IMG/VR virus record: IMGVR_UViG_2974731290_000001
Coordinates: 1 to 64,000 of that record
Direction: 5' to 3' (one strand)
DNA: 64,000 bases
DNA from: a virus
Lineage: Duplodnaviria > Caudoviricetes
The translations under genes were made by a program, and so were the position numbers. This document shows, one piece after another, positions 62,009 to 64,000 of the stretch (its first letter is position 1; every line of letters begins with the position of its first letter). The notes below the pieces were generated by a model that searched no databases, was not told the origin of the DNA, and saw only the letters and a program-made list of their open reading frames with translations.

Positions 62009-63100
62009 TTAATTAACGTAGCTATTATTTAATTTAGCTAAGTTAAATTTAACAAATCTGTTTTTATTTTTAATAGAATTTATTAGTTTAATAAAAAGAT
62101 GTTTACAATCCCCGTTTACAAGCCAACCATAATAAGACAATATAGATCGTATAAATTTAACATTTGTTATATGACCTTTATTATATTTATTTATCAATTT
62201 ATTTAGTTTTATTTTTATGGATTTTTTTACTCTTGTATTATTATAATAATACACGTATCCTATAAAACTTAACGGTTGCGTTTTAATATTTGCTATGTGA
62301 TAATTTGATTTTACGTTTAAAGATAAAACGTGTTTTAAATATAATTTAGAGCATATCAAAACCTTGTGCAAAAATTTTTTGTTACTACTAAATATAACGA
62401 TATCATCGGCGTACCTGACAACTTGCTTACAACGTAATTCTTCTTTTAACCATCTGTCAAAACTATCTAAATATAAATTACACTCATATCCACTTAAATA
62501 ATTACCTAATGGTAATCCACAAGTTTCTTTTATATATTTATATTCTCCTTTGTATTTATACGAATCTATTATTTCATATAATATATCTAGAAGCTTCTTA
62601 TCTTTTATCTTTCTACTCAATATATTTTTTAAAATTCTGTGAGATATATTGTAATAAAATTTAGATATATCAAATTGAAGATAATAGATGTTTTTATACT
62701 TTTTATTGTATATTCTTATTATTTTTTCAACATGATTTTTACAAGCGTGAACACCCCTGCCTTCTATATTGGCGTATGTAAAATTAACGAGTTGTTTTAT
62801 CCATATAGGTTTCATAATATTCATTATTGCGCAATGCGCAATTCTATCTGGATAATATGGAAGTTTCGATAATATTCTCTTTTTAGGTTCATATATTACG
62901 TCCGTTTTGTATTTAGATGTTTTATATTTTCCATTTTTAAAACTTTCTAATATTAAATTATTTTCAACACTTTTATTTAAATCATGTTTGTTAATATAAT
63001 ATTTAGTTCTGGCGCTTTTGTTTTTCCTACTGTTTTTATCGCCCAATTCTATATTTTCTTTTGTAGCTATTTTTTCTAATAGATATCCTTTTCTTTTCAC
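62009..63100 (-). CDS. DGR-type reverse transcriptase (363 aa, GTG start)
   Basis: EPKKR, PDRIAH, FDISKFY, GLPLGNYLS, RYADD and FIGY motifs; adjacent TR/VR pair. Confidence 0.92.
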   Translation of the reverse strand: MKRKGYLLEKIATKENIELGDKNSRKNKSARTKYYINKHDLNKSVENNLILESFKNGKYKTSKYKTDVIYEPKKRILSKLPYYPDRIAHCAIMNIMKPIWIKQLVNFTYANIEGRGVHACKNHVEKIIRIYNKKYKNIYYLQFDISKFYYNISHRILKNILSRKIKDKKLLDILYEIIDSYKYKGEYKYIKETCGLPLGNYLSGYECNLYLDSFDRWLKEELRCKQVVRYADDIVIFSSNKKFLHKVLICSKLYLKHVLSLNVKSNYHIANIKTQPLSFIGYVYYYNNTRVKKSIKIKLNKLINKYNKGHITNVKFIRSILSYYGWLVNGDCKHLFIKLINSIKNKNRFVKFNLAKLNNSYVN

Positions 63101-63241
63101 AGATAAATATTCTTTATTTTATACTTTCCAATCCTTATAATAAAGGCGTACTAGCATTTTTATTAGACATTTTTAATTTGTTTTGTCAAGAGACAAGGTT
63201 AAATATCGCATTTATTAAAATTTTATTTGATAAGAATATTC
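63101..63241 (-). ncRNA. DGR spacer RNA between TR and RT
   Basis: Minus strand CCTTGTCTCTTGACAAAA hairpin and TGCTAGTA resemble the spacer elements that precede Bacteroidota DGR RTs. Confidence 0.6.
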
Positions 63242-63341
63242 AGTAAAACTGATGTTGGAACTTGCATTACTAACACCATTGTTGCAATTAAGATAGACTA
63301 GACTACAATTCGAACTATTCGTAGTATTGCTACTAACAAAA
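63242..63341 (-). repeat. DGR template repeat (TR)
   Basis: 100-nt ungapped match to 63451-63550; 26 of 27 mismatches are at TR adenines; rich in AAT/AAC codons. Confidence 0.93.
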
Positions 63342-63429
63342 TTAAATATACAGAAGTATTTATGTTCTGTATACGGCTAAATGTAACCGCTTAGTTTTGT
63401 GATGATATTTAACCTATTTATTTATTTTT

Positions 63430-64000
63430 TTAATCTATTATATGACATTTAGCAAAACCGGCGAAGGAACCGGCATCACCAACACCAAAGCTGCAAAAAA
63501 GACAGACCAGACCACAAAGCGAACCATGCGCAGCATCGCCACCAACAAAAGTTGAATGTATAGATGTGTCTATATTATCATATCTGTAAGAATTCATATA
63601 ATTGGAATTATTTGTAACTTGGTTAGTTATTAAATCTGCATTGCTACCTATTGTTATTTCTTTTGCCCAACCAGATAAATTAGGATTTACTTCTATAATA
63701 TGTTCTTTATTACTAATATCATTACTAAATTTAGTAACATCGTCAGTATAATAAAATTTTCTTTTATTAGATACAGAATCAAATTGTGATAAGAAGTTCT
63801 CAATATTTAACCAAACATCACCATACCAAAATACATTAAATCCTCTATAACAAGGTACATCAAGTTGTTTTTGTGTAAATGTATATGTAAATAATGGAGA
63901 ATTTATAATAGTAATCTTTATATTACAACTTTCTTGTACTAATCCAAATGCAATATATCTAGAATTATAATTTGTGCCCCAATCAATATCGTATTCTCCA
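63430..64000 (-). CDS. DGR target protein, C-terminal CLec/Mtd-like domain (5' end outside the window; probable receptor-binding protein)
   Basis: Open frame to TAA at 63430; VPCYRGFNVFWYGDVW and VGG...GS.CGL...GF motifs. Confidence 0.85.
   Translation of the reverse strand, partial: GEYDIDWGTNYNSRYIAFGLVQESCNIKITIINSPLFTYTFTQKQLDVPCYRGFNVFWYGDVWLNIENFLSQFDSVSNKRKFYYTDDVTKFSNDISNKEHIIEVNPNLSGWAKEITIGSNADLITNQVTNNSNYMNSYRYDNIDTSIHSTFVGGDAAHGSLCGLVCLFCSFGVGDAGSFAGFAKCHIID
63451..63550 (-). repeat. DGR variable repeat (VR) at the 3' end of the target gene
   Basis: Encodes FVGGDAAHGSLCGLVCLFCSFGVGDAGSFAGFA; adenine-specific divergence from TR. Confidence 0.93.

Larger units (their letters stand above)
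62009..64000 (-). mobile_element. diversity-generating retroelement cassette (target/VR - TR - spacer - RT)
   Basis: RT, TR/VR pair and CLec target lie adjacent. Confidence 0.9.

Noticed and set aside
7770-62872. Plus-strand ORFs in the track, e.g. 34020-34589, 45142-45825, 54052-54414, 61349-61663
   Set aside because: They are antisense shadows of real minus-strand genes, with no motifs or operon context.
62009-63100. RT as a group II intron, retron or Abi RT
   Set aside because: No maturase/endonuclease extension, intron domain V or retron VTG motif is evident; the adjacent adenine-specific TR/VR pair identifies a DGR.
1-64000. CRISPR array, IS element or rRNA
   Set aside because: No regularly spaced repeats, transposase or rRNA-like sequence was seen; the short repeats found are coding.

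Overview
This window is a 64-kb piece of a crAss-like (Crassvirales) Bacteroidota phage genome, with two convergent arms meeting at a bidirectional terminator (~7.5 kb). The + arm (1-7487) is a replication/recombination module (DnaB helicase, Sak4-like ATPase, SSB, primase, PD-(D/E)XK nucleases). It also holds an RNA island with tRNA-Gln(TTG), tRNA-Leu(TAA), an atypical tRNA and unexplained structured RNAs. The - arm (7553-64000) is the virion/lysis module and uses TAG as Gln (code 15): the fragmented ORFs in the supplied track fall into constant frames and join into about 30 genes. These include terminase, portal, major capsid, ring/muzzle proteins, a lysis cassette, a ~2,070-aa ART/zincin protein and a ~5,800-aa virion RNA-polymerase polyprotein with a C-terminal SLOG + NADAR + macro-like cassette. 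At the right end is a compact diversity-generating retroelement (target VR - TR - RT, no avd visible). It has an unusual signature: 26 of 30 TR adenines differ in the VR, all 12 isolated adenines appear as G, and only AA pairs are randomised. All product calls come from motif recognition by eye; no database searches were run. Joined-gene coordinates rest on frame consistency and spot-checked translation of the gaps.
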